Of a DNA stretch of 64,000 nt, positions 61,849-64,000 are shown one piece after another. The position numbers were made by a program, and so were the translations under genes. Every line of letters starts with the position of its first letter. The stretch's first letter is position 1. Under the pieces are notes generated by a model, which did not search any database, was not told the origin of the DNA, and was given only the letters and a program-made list of their open reading frames with translations. Source of the DNA: Phoronis australis (Eukaryota > Animalia > Phoronida). The DNA is taken from assembly GCA_002633005.1 (NCBI GenBank), contig NMRA01000042.1, positions 1,012,230 to 1,076,229 on the forward strand, written 5' to 3'.

Positions 61849-64000
61849 CTCGCTGGTTCCCTGCGAGTAGAGATGAACTGCAGGTACGCGCTTTAAGACT
61901 GGTTGATGTAACCTCGGCAGTCATTGGTTACAACAAAGTGAGAAAATTTCGGACTATGAACGATTTTTATGTGCCCACATATTTATATGGTGACGCTTTA
62001 TGCCGCAATCTCCGTTCCTCCGGGCGGCGTCCTTCCGGCGTCCGGCGTCCGCTGCTCTAACTCCAAAACCGTATGTTCATGAAAATTTGCACATGTATTC
62101 CTTTCATGGATGGGACTGCATGAGCGAACTTTCGAACAGATCCAACTACCGGTGCGCCCACCAGTGGCAATTTTAGTTTTTTATGCTTACCTCTATATCT
62201 TCAAAGGTCTTTAGCGTATTTCCATAATATTTGGCATGTAGGCATCTGTTAGTGAGATGATGCTATCCTTCCGTTTTCCGATAGATTCGACGTAATTTGC
62301 GCCACCTAGTGGCCATTTTTACTGTTTTCGATTCTGTTCTAAGGCGTCCACCCCTCTATCAACCAAACCGTTCTAAGGATGATTGTGGAAATTGGCATGT
62401 ATGTTCTTACTATGAAAAAGACGGCTGACGATGATTTTCCGACGATATCGACGACTGTGGCGCCTCCTAGTGGCAGCTTTGTTTTTTTGTGCCTATGACT
62501 GTATCTCCTAAACAGTCTGCAGGATCTTTGCTAAAATTAGTAAGTGCATTTATATGATGTTGATAAGGAGGACGACGACTGTCGGACGGATTTGACTACT
62601 GGTGTGCCTCCTGGTAACCTCTGTATCTTCAAAGGTCCTCAACGTAATTTCAAAAAATTTAGCGTACAGGTTTCTGTTAGTGTGGTGACGCTATCTTTCC
62701 GTTTTCAGATGGATTCCAGTGTCCATTTTTACGGTTTTCGAGTCTGTTTTTGGCGTCCAACACTCTTTCAATGAAATCGCTTTCAGGATAGATCTGAAAA
62801 TTGGCATGTATGTTTTTACCATAAAGTGGACGGCTGACGATGATTATCCGATGACTTCAGCTACTGTGGCGCCTCCTAGTGGCAGTGTTGTTTTTTTTGC
62901 GCCCATGGCTGTATCTTTTAAACGGTTTGCAGGATCTTTACTAAATTTATCAACGAGTGTATTTATATGATGTTAACAAAGACCAACGACGACTTTCGGG
63001 CGGATCTGACTACTGATGTGCCTCCTGGTGGCAATTTTAGATTTTACGTTTACCACTGTATCTTCAAGGGTCCACAACGGATTTACGGATTTTCCTAAAA
63101 TTTTGAATACAGGCATCTATTGGTGAGATGACGCTATCCTCCCGTTTTTGGATGGAATTGATTATTTTTCGCCACCTAGTGGCCATTTTTGCTGTTTTCG
63201 AGTCTGTTTTTGGGCGTCTACTCCGCTATCAACCAAATCATTCTAAGGATGGTTTTGAAAATTGGCGTTTATGTTCTCTGTGTGAAGTGGTTGGTTGACG
63301 ATGACGACTTTGACTACTGTGGCGTCTCCAATGATAGTTTTCGTTTTGCGCCCATAGGTGTATCTCCTAAGCCCACTGCTGGATCTTTATTATATTTAGT
63401 AAGTGTATTTATATGAATCTATCAACAGACAATGACGACTTTCAGGCGGATCCAATTAACACTGTGCCCCCTAGTGGCAATTTCATTTTATTCTGTTTTC
63501 CTTTGTTTCTCTGAAGTTCCGTGACAGATTTCTATGAAATTTGGTGAATAGCTTTCTATTAAAGAAGCTATGACATGTTCCCATTTTCGGATGGATTGTA
63601 CGTTTTTGCGCCATCTAATGGCCAAATAAACAACCCTCAAAGCACACCGTTTGCGATGCATTCGTGAGTGCATTTCAACGCTCCGCGTTGCTCTTGTTAG
63701 CCTTGTCATGCAAGTGGCGTAGCAGCAACTATTTCGTTTTTGCAGTAATGTTTAATAGCCGCGTGCTTGAAGCACATATACGTACATGTACATGTATGTA
63801 TACAATAAACACATAGCTGACGATTTAACTGGTGTGTTATTCATACTGCATGAATACAGGACATACATGTAAACGTAAACAAAAGTCAGCGACGGTAGAA
63901 AGATGCACTCCGAAAAGAGCGCAACCACAATTTTCTGGGATTCAAATTTCTTGAACATGAATTTTAAGCACCGGTTTGTCCTACAACGGGCCACAATTAC
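61849..64000 (+). mobile_element. Third copy of the 9-bp-TSD MITE family, split by a HINE-like insertion
   Basis: 61849-61968 and 63697-64000 rejoin to match 56133 onward (gaacgattttt-agccttgtca). Confidence 0.8.
61967..63696 (+). mobile_element. Helentron-associated non-autonomous element (HINE/DINE-like) with internal tandem repeats of about 150 bp
   Basis: Inserted in a T run with no TSD; 5' short inverted repeat and (GGCGTCC)n; tandem units; 3' hairpin CAACGC-TCC-GCGTTG (63676-63690) followed by CTCTTG-TT. A related decayed stretch lies at about 61370-61770. Confidence 0.75.

Overview
Eukaryotic (animal, probably marine invertebrate) genomic DNA, not prokaryotic; no rRNA, true tRNA or CRISPR features were found. 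One intact host gene can be assembled by hand: a five-coding-exon calcyphosin-like (CAPSL-family) EF-hand gene on the + strand (9766-61200, 208 aa, GT-AG introns of about 24.4, 15.5, 3.4 and 7.5 kb). Almost everything else is transposable-element derived: two inverted, internally deleted copies of a Kolobok DNA transposon (TTAA TSD, 158-bp TIRs, THAP transposase plus convergent KolX) bracketing exon 1; a separate spliced KolX/P2X7-ballast-like pseudogene at the left edge; a head-to-tail pair of HERO-like RLE non-LTR retrotransposons; a decayed Gypsy element split by a P-element derivative; RTEX-like and L1/Tx1 LINEs; Academ remnants; MITEs; SINE heads; and a Helentron-associated (HINE-like) element. 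The most unusual observations are (i) all hammerhead-ribozyme core strands present in a non-canonical order in the HERO 3' UTR, (ii) a template-jump-like HERO tandem, (iii) TIR variants that co-vary within each Kolobok copy, and (iv) a TE-borne array of CTCF-like motifs just 3' of the gene. Family assignments come from remembered motifs, not database searches.
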